From Candidatus Kaiserbacteria bacterium RIFCSPHIGHO2_01_FULL_53_29 (GTDB taxonomy: Bacteria > Patescibacteriota > Minisyncoccia > Phycocordibacterales > UBA2100), in assembly GCA_001781125.1 (NCBI GenBank), contig MFKT01000021.1, positions 5,178 to 69,177 of the forward strand: 64,000 nt of DNA, in the 5' to 3' direction. Made by a program: the position numbers and the translations under genes. This document shows, one piece after another, positions 53,408-62,487 of this stretch. The notes beneath the pieces were generated by a model, which did no database searches, was not told the DNA's origin, and saw only the letters and a program-made list of their open reading frames with translations. How positions within the stretch are numbered: position 1 is the first letter of the stretch; each line of letters opens with the position of its first letter.

Positions 53408-53990
53408 GGACGTCTACAACATTGCTAAAGCCGGCATAGTTGAAATCCCACAAATGATTGAGCAGGTCTTCCCGATTTACGACCTGATTCGGGTGCCGCA
53501 TGAAGTATTCCAGAAGCCCGAATTCTTTGAGCGTGAGCGGGACTTCTTTGCCTTCCCGTGCAACTTTACGCTGTGCCGGATTGAGTTCGATATCGCCGAC
53601 CGTGAGCGTCTCTGGCAGCGTTTCGCTCGGTCGTCGCAAGAGGGCCTGAATGCGCGCGTTCAATTCTGCGAATGAGAACGGCTTGACCAGATAATCATCG
53701 GCGCCCGCGAGCAGGAGCTGCACTTTTGTATCGGTTTCCGCGCGCGCGGTAAGAATAAGGATGGGGAGGGTGATATTCATCTCACGCACCTGTTTGCATA
53801 TCTCGAGCCCGTCCATTGAGGGGAGCATGAGGTCGAGGATAACGAGGTCATAATCGCTCCGGTGGAGCGAAATGCGTGTGAAGGCTTTCTTGCCGTCATT
53901 GATAATGTCGGCGGTGTATCCCTCGTGCTCGAGCCCCTTCTTGAGCGCTTCTGCTAATTTTTGTTCGTCTTCTACGAGAAGTATTTTCAT
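53316..53990 (-). CDS. OmpR/PhoB-family response regulator
   Basis: KILLVEDE, ILDLMLP.MDG, GADDYLVKPF, VVDVHVKNLR.K, TVRGIGY. Confidence 0.95.
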   Translation of the reverse strand: MKILLVEDEQKLAEALKKGLEHEGYTADIINDGKKAFTRISLHRSDYDLVILDLMLPSMDGLEICKQVREMNITLPILILTARAETDTKVQLLLAGADDYLVKPFSFAELNARIQALLRRPSETLPETLTVGDIELNPAQRKVAREGKEVPLTLKEFGLLEYFMRHPNQVVNREDLLNHLWDFNYAGFSNVVDVHVKNLRRKIGDGENGSVLETVRGIGYRLAE

Positions 53991-54187
53991 ATGTTTTGGC
54001 AGATTATTACACTGATAACCTAATTGTACAGCTTGGCATGAGAAAGATGAAGATTTCGTGATTCCTCTTAATGAAGACGCTGGTATGGCTCTTCCGTTAC
54101 ACATTTTTTGTGGTGCAATCTGACAATCCTAAAGAATGACGATCAGAGACGGATCGTGACCCTCCGTCGGCCCCGTGTCTCTACCGG

Positions 54188-54952
54188 TTATTTCACCGCC
54201 GAATCCGCTTTTATCATTTTGATCGCCTCGTGGACGGTCGTCATGAATTGCGCGGGGAAGATGATGGTGGAGTTTTTCTCGACCGATATTTCTGCCATGG
54301 TCTGGAGCGTGCGCAGCTGCAAGGCGACAGGATGCGCCTGCATGACGTCGGCCGCTTCGCCGAGCCGCTGCGCGGCCTGGAATTCACCCTCGGCTGCGAC
54401 GATCTTGGCGCGGCGTTCACGCTCGGCTTCTGCTTCCTTCGCCATGGCACGCTGCATGTTATCGGGAAGCGCGATGTCCTTGATCTCGACTGCCGTTACC
54501 TGCGCACCCCACGGCTCTGTGTGCGCGTCTATCATGGTCTTGATCTGTTCGTTGATCTTCGGGGTCTGCGAGAGAAGTTCGTCGAGGCTGAATTGACCGA
54601 CGATATTGCGAACGGTCGTCTGGGAGATCTGATTCGTCGCATTCTCGACATTCTCGATCTGGATGACCGACTTCTCCGGGTCGGTGACCTTGTAGTAGGC
54701 GACTGCGGCAATGTCGATGGAGACGTTGTCGCGGGTAATTATTTTCTGCGATGCTATCTGCATCGTGACGGTGCGCAATGATACGCGCTCCATACTTTGG
54801 AACGGCACGAAGATCATGGTGAGTCCCGGCTGACGCACACCGGTGAATTTGCCGAGAAGGAACACGACCCCGCGCTCGTATTGCCGCAAGATGCGGATGG
54901 AGCTCAAGAGGTAGACAACGATCGCGATGCCAACGTAGAGAGTCCAGTCCAT
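54188..54952 (-). CDS. SPFH/band-7 (stomatin-like) protein
   Basis: QYERGV.F.LG, IT.DNV, PWG..V..VEIKD, AEAERERRAK..AEGE. Confidence 0.93.
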   Translation of the reverse strand: MDWTLYVGIAIVVYLLSSIRILRQYERGVVFLLGKFTGVRQPGLTMIFVPFQSMERVSLRTVTMQIASQKIITRDNVSIDIAAVAYYKVTDPEKSVIQIENVENATNQISQTTVRNIVGQFSLDELLSQTPKINEQIKTMIDAHTEPWGAQVTAVEIKDIALPDNMQRAMAKEAEAERERRAKIVAAEGEFQAAQRLGEAADVMQAHPVALQLRTLQTMAEISVEKNSTIIFPAQFMTTVHEAIKMIKADSAVK

Positions 54953-55002
54953 TCGTTGATTCTATCACAGACCATTATTTTTGTGCTATTCTTGCGCACA
55001 TG

Positions 55003-55136
55003 CCCGGCAGGACAATTTCGAATTGCTTTGACCGTGGCAGCTTCAAATGATAGACAAAAGTCTTACTTCGTGGGGCGATTTTGCATCAAGCTGGATATGA
55101 CTGCAGCAAGAACTATTCGAAATTGTACTAGCCGGG
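55003..55136. mobile_element. MITE-like element family B (second copy)
   Basis: Same terminal sequences as 7978-8110 with a diverged interior; flanked by CATG and TATG. Confidence 0.8.
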
Positions 55137-55137
55137 T

Positions 55138-55575
55138 ATGAAAGACGGAAAGAAAGTAGGATTTACCGCCGGGGCATTCGACCTCTGTCACGCCGGACAC
55201 ATGCTCATGTTCGAAGAGGCAAAGACGGTTTGCGAGCACCTCATCGTCGCACTTCAGAGCGACCCGAGTATCGATAGGCCTGACGTCAAGAATAAGCCCA
55301 TCATGTCTCTGAAGGAGCGCATGATAATTCTCAAAGGCATCAAGTACATCGACGAGATAGTGACTTACGACACGGAGGTTGACCTTCTCAAAATGCTTAC
55401 CGAAAACAAGCTGGGCATCGACGTACGTATCTTGGGTGTCGAGTACAAGGACAAGCCCTATACGGGGCGCGATCTGCCGCTGCCGGTCTATTTCAACTCA
55501 CGCGACCATGGTTTCTCGACAACGGAATTACGGGAAAGGGTGTACGAGGCCGAGAAGCTGAAGAACGGGAATTGA
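55138..55575 (+). CDS. Cytidylyltransferase-like nucleotidyltransferase (TagD-like)
   Basis: GAFDLCHAGH (HxGH), LIVAL..D, FNSRDHGFSTT.LR. Confidence 0.88.
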   Translation: MKDGKKVGFTAGAFDLCHAGHMLMFEEAKTVCEHLIVALQSDPSIDRPDVKNKPIMSLKERMIILKGIKYIDEIVTYDTEVDLLKMLTENKLGIDVRILGVEYKDKPYTGRDLPLPVYFNSRDHGFSTTELRERVYEAEKLKNGN

Positions 55576-55599
55576 ATAGGCAACGTAAGTCAGCCGCGA

Positions 55600-55696
55600 C
55601 GTCGAAAGCAACGGCTTTCGACGCGATTTGCGCCGTTGCGCAAATCGCCCGTACGCGCCGGGCCGCCCGCACACTTCGTGCTACGGGCGGCCCGGC
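55600..55696. repeat. Cluster of three consecutive hairpins
   Basis: Stems at 55600-55623, 55623-55648 and 55657-55696. Confidence 0.7.
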
Positions 55697-56042
55697 TTAC
55701 ATGATGACCTTCTTCAGATCATAGATATTTTGATCCATGACGTGATGCTAGCGTCTAACAAAGAGCATCTTCGAAAGAACTTACTTCTGGAGTAATTTTC
55801 GCAGGAGCGCAGTGAAATTAAAGTGAAGAAATTATACCCAGAGCGCAAGAACTGCCAAATAATTAATAGGAACCATAGTAAATATCTAGGAAGTTAGCCG
55901 CTAATGGGAGTATTGTAACATACGGTAGGGAAGTGGATAACCGAGTAGCGCGCTTCATGAGTGGGTACATACTGGTGGGGTATAAACAGCAATCCTGTAA
56001 CGGGGTCGAGTTTACCAACCAATTTTTTCTCCACATACGCAT

Positions 56043-56279
56043 ATGAAAGGTTTACACATGGTTTCCTGGATCCTCCTCATCGTCGGTGGCCTCAATTGGG
56101 GTCTTGTCGGCTTGGGAGAATTCATGGGAGGCAACTGGAATGTGGTCGGTATGATCCTCGGCTCGTGGCCGGCGGTAGAATGGCTCGTATACATTCTCGT
56201 CGGTCTCTCGGCGGTCTACGAGGTCGTTACGCACAAGGGCAATTGCAAGCTGTGCGGCGGCTCGGGGATGTCGATGTAA
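56043..56279 (+). CDS. DUF378 family membrane protein
   Basis: L.IVGGLNWGLVG, VYILVGLSAVY. Confidence 0.9.
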   Translation: MKGLHMVSWILLIVGGLNWGLVGLGEFMGGNWNVVGMILGSWPAVEWLVYILVGLSAVYEVVTHKGNCKLCGGSGMSM

Positions 56280-56400
56280 GGGTTTTGTCCGAAGCCCCCG
56301 CGCCCTCGGCCTGGGGCTTTGTGGCATGTCCACAGCCACCCTCGCGTCCCCTTGCGTAGGGGGTATACTGGTTCCCATAACAGATAACAAACGATAACGT

Positions 56401-56658
56401 ATGGTTAGAACAGCGAATCCCGCATTATTAAAGCCGCTCAACCTTTCTGCCGAGCTCGAGGCGGTCGTGGGCAAGGGGCCCATGTCGCGAGGTCAGGTAG
56501 TGAAGCAGATTTGGGTATATATCAAGAAGCACGATCTCCAGAATCCAGCCAACAAGCGCAACATTCTGGCTGACGACAAGCTGAAGCCACTCTTTGGCGG
56601 AAAAGGTGAAGTCACGATGTTCGAGATGACGAAACTCGTCTCTGGACACATGAAGTAA
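56401..56658 (+). CDS. Stand-alone SWIB/MDM2 domain protein
   Basis: LS.EL..VVG..P.SR.QVVK.IW.YIK.H.LQ.P.NKR.I.AD.KL. Confidence 0.92.
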   Translation: MVRTANPALLKPLNLSAELEAVVGKGPMSRGQVVKQIWVYIKKHDLQNPANKRNILADDKLKPLFGGKGEVTMFEMTKLVSGHMK

Positions 56659-56680
56659 GGAAAAAAGAGAGCAAAGAATG

Positions 56681-56705
56681 AGGCCGCCCCGACGGGGCGG
56701 CCTTT
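56681..56705 (+). terminator. Intrinsic terminator after the SWIB gene
   Basis: AGGCCGCCCC-GAC-GGGGCGGCCT followed by T. Confidence 0.65.
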
Positions 56706-56722
56706 ATGGTAGACTAGTATGC

Positions 56723-56956
56723 ATGACGAAGCTGTTTGAAGAGGGAATCGAGGCGGTGAAGAATCTGCCGCGTGCTCGGCAAGACGTCGCAGGGGAATTT
56801 TTGCTTGCGATTGCGGAACAGAACGCCCGGTCTTATAGCCTCAGCGAAGAGCAGGTAAAGGAGGTCAAGCGCCGACAGCAAGCTTTCAAGAGGGGCAAAG
56901 AGCCCTACGTAAGTGACAAAGAAATGGCCAGACTTTGGAAAAAGTTGGGTCTATGA
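56723..56956 (+). CDS. Putative antitoxin (addiction-module component)
   Basis: 77-aa ORF with LSEEQ..EV.RR, ATGA-coupled to the toxin gene. Confidence 0.7.
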   Translation: MTKLFEEGIEAVKNLPRARQDVAGEFLLAIAEQNARSYSLSEEQVKEVKRRQQAFKRGKEPYVSDKEMARLWKKLGL

Positions 56957-57234
56957 GAGTGAGGTATCGGCGGCGTGCCAAGCTCGATGTCGAGAACCTG
57001 TACCGCTACATTGGTGAGCGAGATCAGCACGCAGCGACTTCGGTTGCCGCGCGCATTCGTTTTGCCGTCAGTCGTCTTGGAGCGTGGCCATATATGGGAC
57101 ACGTGGGAAGCGCGGCAAAAACATACGAGTGGATCGTCGCTGGACTACCCTTTGTAATTGTCTACGAAGTTGATGAAGTGGCGAACGAAATCGCGATTAT
57201 CGCTGTCTTCCATTGCGCGCAAGATCGTCCATAA
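56953..57234 (+). CDS. RelE/ParE-family toxin
   Basis: A..D...L..YI...D..AA......I......L...P.MG, PFVIVY.V....I.I.AVFH.AQ. Confidence 0.85.
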   Translation: MRVRYRRRAKLDVENLYRYIGERDQHAATSVAARIRFAVSRLGAWPYMGHVGSAAKTYEWIVAGLPFVIVYEVDEVANEIAIIAVFHCAQDRP

Positions 57235-57236
57235 AC

Positions 57237-57288
57237 GTGAGGTCATCATGTTTGAAATGACCAAGCCGTCTCGGCGCACATGAAGTAA
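57237..57288 (+). pseudogene. Degenerate duplicate of the SWIB gene 3' end
   Basis: Aligns with 56606-56658 with mostly third-position changes and a 1-nt deletion; ends in the same CACATGAAGTAA. Confidence 0.8.
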
Positions 57289-57308
57289 ACGTTTCCAAAG
57301 AGTTTTCC

Positions 57309-57339
57309 AGCCGCGGCCCCGTAAGGGGCCGCGGCTTTT
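57309..57339 (+). terminator. Intrinsic terminator
   Basis: AGCCGCGGCCCC-GTAA-GGGGCCGCGGCT-TTT. Confidence 0.75.
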
Positions 57340-57435
57340 CAACAGAGCTCTTGATTAGTTGGAACTTTCGCCCAATAATGGCGAGACGGTCTTTAACTTA
57401 ATTGACGACGATACAGTGTCTCTTGGAGGTCAAGG

Positions 57436-57825
57436 ATGAAACGGGCAATAAGTCTGCTTATGCGGTCATTTCCGCACTTGTTCGACGGTAGCGGTGTGTC
57501 GCAGTATCAGCCGCCCACCGTTGTTCTACGCGTACGGGAAGTGTGCCGAGTTAGGGCCTATTACGCGATCGGTTGTTGGGATATGGTGTCTGTAACCACC
57601 TTGCCTCCATGTGTTGAAGTGGAGGCCGCTTATCGAGCCCTCTTGGGAACTCGTTGGTGCGGACCAATCCTCTCGTACGATCGTCTGCACGATCGGCTTA
57701 TCGACCGACTCGGGGAATACAAACACGCCAAACGGTTTGAAGGACTTCGCGCGGCGCGAGAATTAATCCGCTGGGGCCTCAACATTAGAAACGGAGTGCC
57801 GTCGGATTACCAGCTGCCGCAATGA
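57436..57825 (+). CDS. Hypothetical protein
   Basis: 129-aa ORF preceded by GGAGG and followed by a terminator. Confidence 0.5.
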   Translation: MKRAISLLMRSFPHLFDGSGVSQYQPPTVVLRVREVCRVRAYYAIGCWDMVSVTTLPPCVEVEAAYRALLGTRWCGPILSYDRLHDRLIDRLGEYKHAKRFEGLRAARELIRWGLNIRNGVPSDYQLPQ

Positions 57826-57851
57826 CGCGGCAATGTTCAAAAGAGAGTGAC

Positions 57852-57895
57852 GAGGCGCCGCGGTTCGGATACCACGGCGCCTCTTGTTTTTCTTT
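57852..57895 (+). terminator. Intrinsic terminator
   Basis: GAGGCGCCG..CGGCGCCTC followed by a T-rich tract. Confidence 0.7.
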
Positions 57896-58024
57896 ATGTA
57901 ACGAAGCCCTAGACTTCTTCACAAGGATGACGTCTAAGCTTGTCCACACGCTTGACAAGCTGCCAGAAAGGATAATTATGCTAGTAATTAGGATAATTAT
58001 TAATGTAATTAATCTAGCGCGCGC

Positions 58025-59458
58025 ATGATTAATGCTAACTTGAAAGATTTTTTAGAGATCCCATACGACAAACTCGAGGAGATGAATTTGAAGGCGAAGG
58101 AAAATGCGGAGAAGAAAAGCGAGGCTCAATTAGAGAAAGAATACATCACGTGGCTCAAAAAGGAGAAGCGGGTGAAGGCGGTGACATTGTGTTTTTCCGA
58201 TATCGAGGGGCGGCTCCACATGCTCGATTACGACAAGAAGTTTTTGCTCGATTCGCTTTCCAATCTTACCTTCGACGGCTCCTCTATCCGTGGCTTCACA
58301 CCGCAGCACGAAAGCGATCTGCGGCTCGAGGTGGACTGGGCGAGCATTCGCTGGATGCCGGCGGACGTATTCGGGCCGGGCAAAGTGATGTTTTTCGCGA
58401 CGGTCCTCAATCGCGACCGCACGCCCTACATTTCTGATTTTAGAGGACGCCTCAGGGCATATACAGCCGAACTGAAGAAAAAAGAGGGTTTGACGGCGTA
58501 TGCCGCGCCGGAGATCGAAGGATTCGTGATAGATGGCGAGAATTCCGAACAGGATTTTGACCCGAATGTCGGATTCAAGCTTATCTCAAGTGGAGGCTAC
58601 TTCCATTCGCTCCCGATGGATCCGCTGCGCATCTTCATCGACGCTTCGGCAGAAGCGCAACGGGCCCTTGGGTTCAAGAATGAAAAGGATCACCCCGAAG
58701 TCGCACCTTCGCAATTCGAGATGAATTTCTCCTACGCCGAAGTGGTGCGCGCGGCAGACAATGTGCAGCTCTACAAGCTCGTCTGCCGGCAAGTCGCGCG
58801 CAACATGGGGCTCACCGCGAGCTTTCTCCCGAAGCCCCTCATGGGTATCAACGGAAGCGGTATGCACACCAATTTTTCACTGGGGAAAGGCGGCAAAAAT
58901 ATCTTCTACGATCCGAAGGGTGGAGAGGGACTTTCGAAGACCGCGTGGGATTTCATTCTGAAGCTTCTCAATCACGCGCCGGAGATCTGCCTCATTCTCA
59001 ATTCTTCGGTCAACGCGTACCGCCGGCTCGATCCGCATTTCGAGGCGCCCAACCAGATCAAGGTCTCGGCGATAGACCGCGGGAGCATGATACGTATTCC
59101 GGTGGGCAACGAGCGCACGGCGCGCATCGAGCTGCGCTCTGTGGCACCGGATGCCAATCCCTACCTCGTGCTCTTCACAATGCTCAAAGTCGGCATGGAA
59201 GGGAAGCGGCTCGCCAAGGATGAAAGTAAGCGCGATCGCGTCCGCTATCTTTCCGACAATATCTACGACGCCATCGCGCTTATGAAGAGCAGCAAATTCA
59301 TAGCCGATGCATTGGGTGAGGAGAGCAAGGAGAAGTTTATCAAGTTTAAACAAGCCGCGGCGGATCGATCGCCGAAAGCCTTGGGAACGACCGTGAAGCG
59401 GTCGGAGATCATTTATCATCATGAGGTAACAAATCAACTTCTATGGAACAACTTCTAA
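58025..59458 (+). CDS. glnA: Glutamine synthetase
   Basis: FDGSSIRGF, ESD, HPEVAP.Q.E, F.PKP..G.NGSGMH, N.YRRL.P.FEAP, RIELRS..P.ANPYL. Confidence 0.95.
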   Translation: MINANLKDFLEIPYDKLEEMNLKAKENAEKKSEAQLEKEYITWLKKEKRVKAVTLCFSDIEGRLHMLDYDKKFLLDSLSNLTFDGSSIRGFTPQHESDLRLEVDWASIRWMPADVFGPGKVMFFATVLNRDRTPYISDFRGRLRAYTAELKKKEGLTAYAAPEIEGFVIDGENSEQDFDPNVGFKLISSGGYFHSLPMDPLRIFIDASAEAQRALGFKNEKDHPEVAPSQFEMNFSYAEVVRAADNVQLYKLVCRQVARNMGLTASFLPKPLMGINGSGMHTNFSLGKGGKNIFYDPKGGEGLSKTAWDFILKLLNHAPEICLILNSSVNAYRRLDPHFEAPNQIKVSAIDRGSMIRIPVGNERTARIELRSVAPDANPYLVLFTMLKVGMEGKRLAKDESKRDRVRYLSDNIYDAIALMKSSKFIADALGEESKEKFIKFKQAAADRSPKALGTTVKRSEIIYHHEVTNQLLWNNF

Positions 59459-60810
59459 ATGCTGCGGGTGCGCGACGATTCTGGACGCATCTTCTCTTGT
59501 GGCTTGTGGGCGGCGCGGCTATCGGATGGAGCGCCGTGTATTTTGCGGGCGCCTCCGCTGGCGTGTTTGATGCGGCCTCGATCAACCCGGGCGACACCGC
59601 ATGGATGCTCGCTTCCGCTGCGCTTGTCATGCTTATGACGCCGGCTGTCGGATTTTTCTACGGCGGCATGGTGTCGTCGAAAAATGTGGTTTCGGTCATC
59701 AAACAGTCGATGATCATTCTCGCACTCGTTTCTGTGCAATGGGTCGTCATCGGCTACTCGCTCGCGTTCGGACCCGACACGGGCTCTGGCTTCATCGGCA
59801 ATCTCGCCAATTTCGGTTTGCGGGGTGTGGGATTTGCGCCCGACCCCAATTACGCGGGCACGATCCCCGCCCTTGTATTCATGATCTTTCAGGCGATGTT
59901 TGCCATCATCACGCCCGCGCTCATCATCGGCGCGTTCGTCGAGCGCATCAAATTCAAGACACTCGTTATTTTTACACTCTTGTGGGCGACACTCGTCTAT
60001 GACCCCGTCGCGCACTGGGTATGGTCACCGGATGGGTGGCTTCGCGCGATGGGTGCTTTGGACTTTGCGGGAGGCACTGTCGTGCACATGACTGCAGGAT
60101 TCTCCGCACTCGCAGCGGCACTTCTCGTCGGAAAGCGCTTGGACACACATCACCCCGGAGCGACTGCCAACAACGTACCGTTCGTCATTCTCGGAGCCGC
60201 GTTGCTCTGGTTTGGCTGGTTTGGATTCAACGCAGGCTCGGCACTTGCGGCAGGGGCTCTCGCTGCCAGCGCATTCGTCGTCACAAATACCGCAGCAGCG
60301 GCAGCAGCACTCACGTGGGTCGCGCTCTCGTGGGCTGAAAACAAGAAACCATCCGCTCTTGCAGCTGCGATCGGTGCCGTGTGCGGATTGGTCGCCATCA
60401 CGCCGGCTTCCGGCTATGTCGGACCCATCGCGGCGCTTGCGATCGGTGTCCTCGGAGGCGTCGTTACCTATGCGGCAGTCTATATCCGCAGCAAGGCGAT
60501 CAAGATCGACGATACGCTCGACGTATGGGCGGCGCACGGCATCGGCGGGCTTACTGGTGCCATACTCACCGGAGTATTCGCAGAGAAAGCCATCAATGCA
60601 GCGGGCAACAACGGTCTTCTCTTCGGTAATCCGCAGCAGCTCGTCGTGCAGATCATTGCGGTGGCCGCAGTCGGCTTGTATTCATTTGTAGCAACATGGA
60701 TCATTCTCAAAGTCCTTGCCGCTATCAAATTCCCGTTGCGTGTTTCACCAGCCGAGGAAGCTGAAGGTCTCGACATGGCCACCCACGGCGAATCGGCGTA
60801 TCGGGTGTAG
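59443..60810 (+). CDS. amtB: Ammonium transporter
   Basis: GDTAW...S.ALV.LMTP..FFYGG, FQAMFA.ITP, DFAGGTVVH, LLWFGWFGFNAGS, DD.LDV...HG. Confidence 0.95.
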   Translation: MEQLLNAAGARRFWTHLLLWLVGGAAIGWSAVYFAGASAGVFDAASINPGDTAWMLASAALVMLMTPAVGFFYGGMVSSKNVVSVIKQSMIILALVSVQWVVIGYSLAFGPDTGSGFIGNLANFGLRGVGFAPDPNYAGTIPALVFMIFQAMFAIITPALIIGAFVERIKFKTLVIFTLLWATLVYDPVAHWVWSPDGWLRAMGALDFAGGTVVHMTAGFSALAAALLVGKRLDTHHPGATANNVPFVILGAALLWFGWFGFNAGSALAAGALAASAFVVTNTAAAAAALTWVALSWAENKKPSALAAAIGAVCGLVAITPASGYVGPIAALAIGVLGGVVTYAAVYIRSKAIKIDDTLDVWAAHGIGGLTGAILTGVFAEKAINAAGNNGLLFGNPQQLVVQIIAVAAVGLYSFVATWIILKVLAAIKFPLRVSPAEEAEGLDMATHGESAYRV

Positions 60811-60905
60811 GTGACCCCGCTCGAAGAGAGCGCCCGTAGGGGCCGAATGTCGGCTACTGCCGATATGAGGCGGGTCAGGCACACGCGAGCACGTGCGGGC
60901 CAAGT

Positions 60906-61592
60906 TTATTTTCCGATCCGCCGCTCGCGAAGCACGTACTCCTTGAGAACTTCCTCAAGATCTGCTTTCGTGAACGCAGGCCAGTATTTTTTTACAAAAA
61001 ATAATTCGCTATATGCGCTTTGCCAAAGAAGGAAATTGGAGAGGCGTTGCTCTCCGGCAGTCCGAATGATGAGGTCAGGGTCGGGCATACCCCTCGTCCA
61101 TAAATAGTCTACGAGTGATCCTTCTGTTATCGCTCCGTCCGTTTCCACTGCGGCTCGTGCGGAATTAACGATTTCCGCTCTGCCGCCGTATGAAATACAT
61201 ATCCACACCGTGAGGTCGGGCTTCTCGGGATTTTTTGCTTCGGCTTTATTCATCGCGTCTTGCAAGGCTTGGGAGAAACGTTCCCGTTGTCCCACAAAGC
61301 GGACGGCGATATTGTCTTCTCCAAGTTTTGTCAAACGTTCACGGGCCATCGACTCAAAGAGTCCCATGAGATACGAAACCTCTTCTTTTGATCGATTCCA
61401 ATTCTCTGTCGAGAAGGCATACACCGCCATATGCTGAATACCAAAATGCCGGGCCGCACGGCCGATCGTTTCAATATTATCCAACCCCCGTCGATGCCCT
61501 TCAAATGTTGGAAGGCCGTGCTCTTTAGCCCACCGGCGATTTCCGTCGAGGATAATTCCAATGCATGCAGGAGTTGTATCCGGCTCGGTCAT
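60906..61592 (-). CDS. uppS: Undecaprenyl diphosphate synthase
   Basis: ILDGNRRWA, YAFSTENW.R, SYGGR.EI, PDL.IRT.GE.RLSNFL.WQ..YSE. Confidence 0.96.
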   Translation of the reverse strand: MTEPDTTPACIGIILDGNRRWAKEHGLPTFEGHRRGLDNIETIGRAARHFGIQHMAVYAFSTENWNRSKEEVSYLMGLFESMARERLTKLGEDNIAVRFVGQRERFSQALQDAMNKAEAKNPEKPDLTVWICISYGGRAEIVNSARAAVETDGAITEGSLVDYLWTRGMPDPDLIIRTAGEQRLSNFLLWQSAYSELFFVKKYWPAFTKADLEEVLKEYVLRERRIGK

Positions 61593-61655
61593 AATGACAC
61601 GCCAATACTAGCAGGGAACGTATCGTAATGCGAAAGATTCTTGTAGACTTGGCCC

Positions 61656-62486
61656 ATGCGCCACTCCTTCGCCCCCGGCAAGATAATTCTCTCCGGGGAG
61701 TATGCCGTGCTCTTCGGATATGCAGGCATCGCTGTCCCGTCCCCTTTGGGAATACAGGTTGAGTTTGACGAAGATGCCGCGTCTGATCGCATCGAGATAT
61801 ATTGGGAAGGAGCGAACAATGAGTGGCTAACGTACGCGGAGAAAATAGTCGGGAAGACCGATTCGAAATTGCGCGGTCATCTCACTATTCATTCGAATCT
61901 CCAGCTCGGAAAAGGGATGGGGTCGTCAACCGCACTCCTCATAGTCGTTACCCGCGCACTCTTGGGTGAAAACTCTCGAAAGGAAGCGCTCCTCATCGAA
62001 GATGCGCTGAACCCTGGACACAGCGGTTTTGATTTCGCCACCATTTGGGAAGGCGTCCCCATCCTGTTTCGCAAAGGAGATACTGCAAAGCGTATTGATA
62101 TCTCGGCGGAACTATTGCGCGGAGCCATGCTCATCGACACGGGACTCCCGAGTGAATCTACGGCGGAGCTGGTTGCGTGGATGCGGAGTCGCGAAAAACA
62201 AATAGAGGAGCCACTAAAGACCATAGGGAACTGCACAGAGCGGCTTGTGCGCGGTGAACCACTGGACGCTGTCATGCGCGACCATAACAGAGCGCAGATA
62301 ACACTCGGCGTGGTACCGCCGGATGTCGAGAAACTGATCGCCGCGATCGAACAGATAGGCGGAGCTGGTAAGGTCATCGGCGCGGGCAGCCGCACCGGTG
62401 GCGCGGGTATGGTACTCGCACTCGGAAATCAGGAAGGAATCAAAAATATTGCCTATCGGAGAGATATGCCTATAATGGCGCTCTGA
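61656..62486 (+). CDS. GHMP kinase, probable mevalonate kinase
   Basis: APGKIILSGEYAV, G.GMGSSTA, SGFD; adjacent to mvaD and HMG-CoA reductase. Confidence 0.8.
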   Translation: MRHSFAPGKIILSGEYAVLFGYAGIAVPSPLGIQVEFDEDAASDRIEIYWEGANNEWLTYAEKIVGKTDSKLRGHLTIHSNLQLGKGMGSSTALLIVVTRALLGENSRKEALLIEDALNPGHSGFDFATIWEGVPILFRKGDTAKRIDISAELLRGAMLIDTGLPSESTAELVAWMRSREKQIEEPLKTIGNCTERLVRGEPLDAVMRDHNRAQITLGVVPPDVEKLIAAIEQIGGAGKVIGAGSRTGGAGMVLALGNQEGIKNIAYRRDMPIMAL

Positions 62487-62487
62487 T

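Noticed and set aside
55000-55140. In-frame translation through the element by TGA recoding
   Set aside because: TGA is followed directly by TAG, and TGA ends many clear genes in the window, so the standard code applies.
55697-55738. Mini-ORF MDQNIYDLKKVIM* on the minus strand
   Set aside because: Too short, with no matching parent gene in the window and no clear expression signals.
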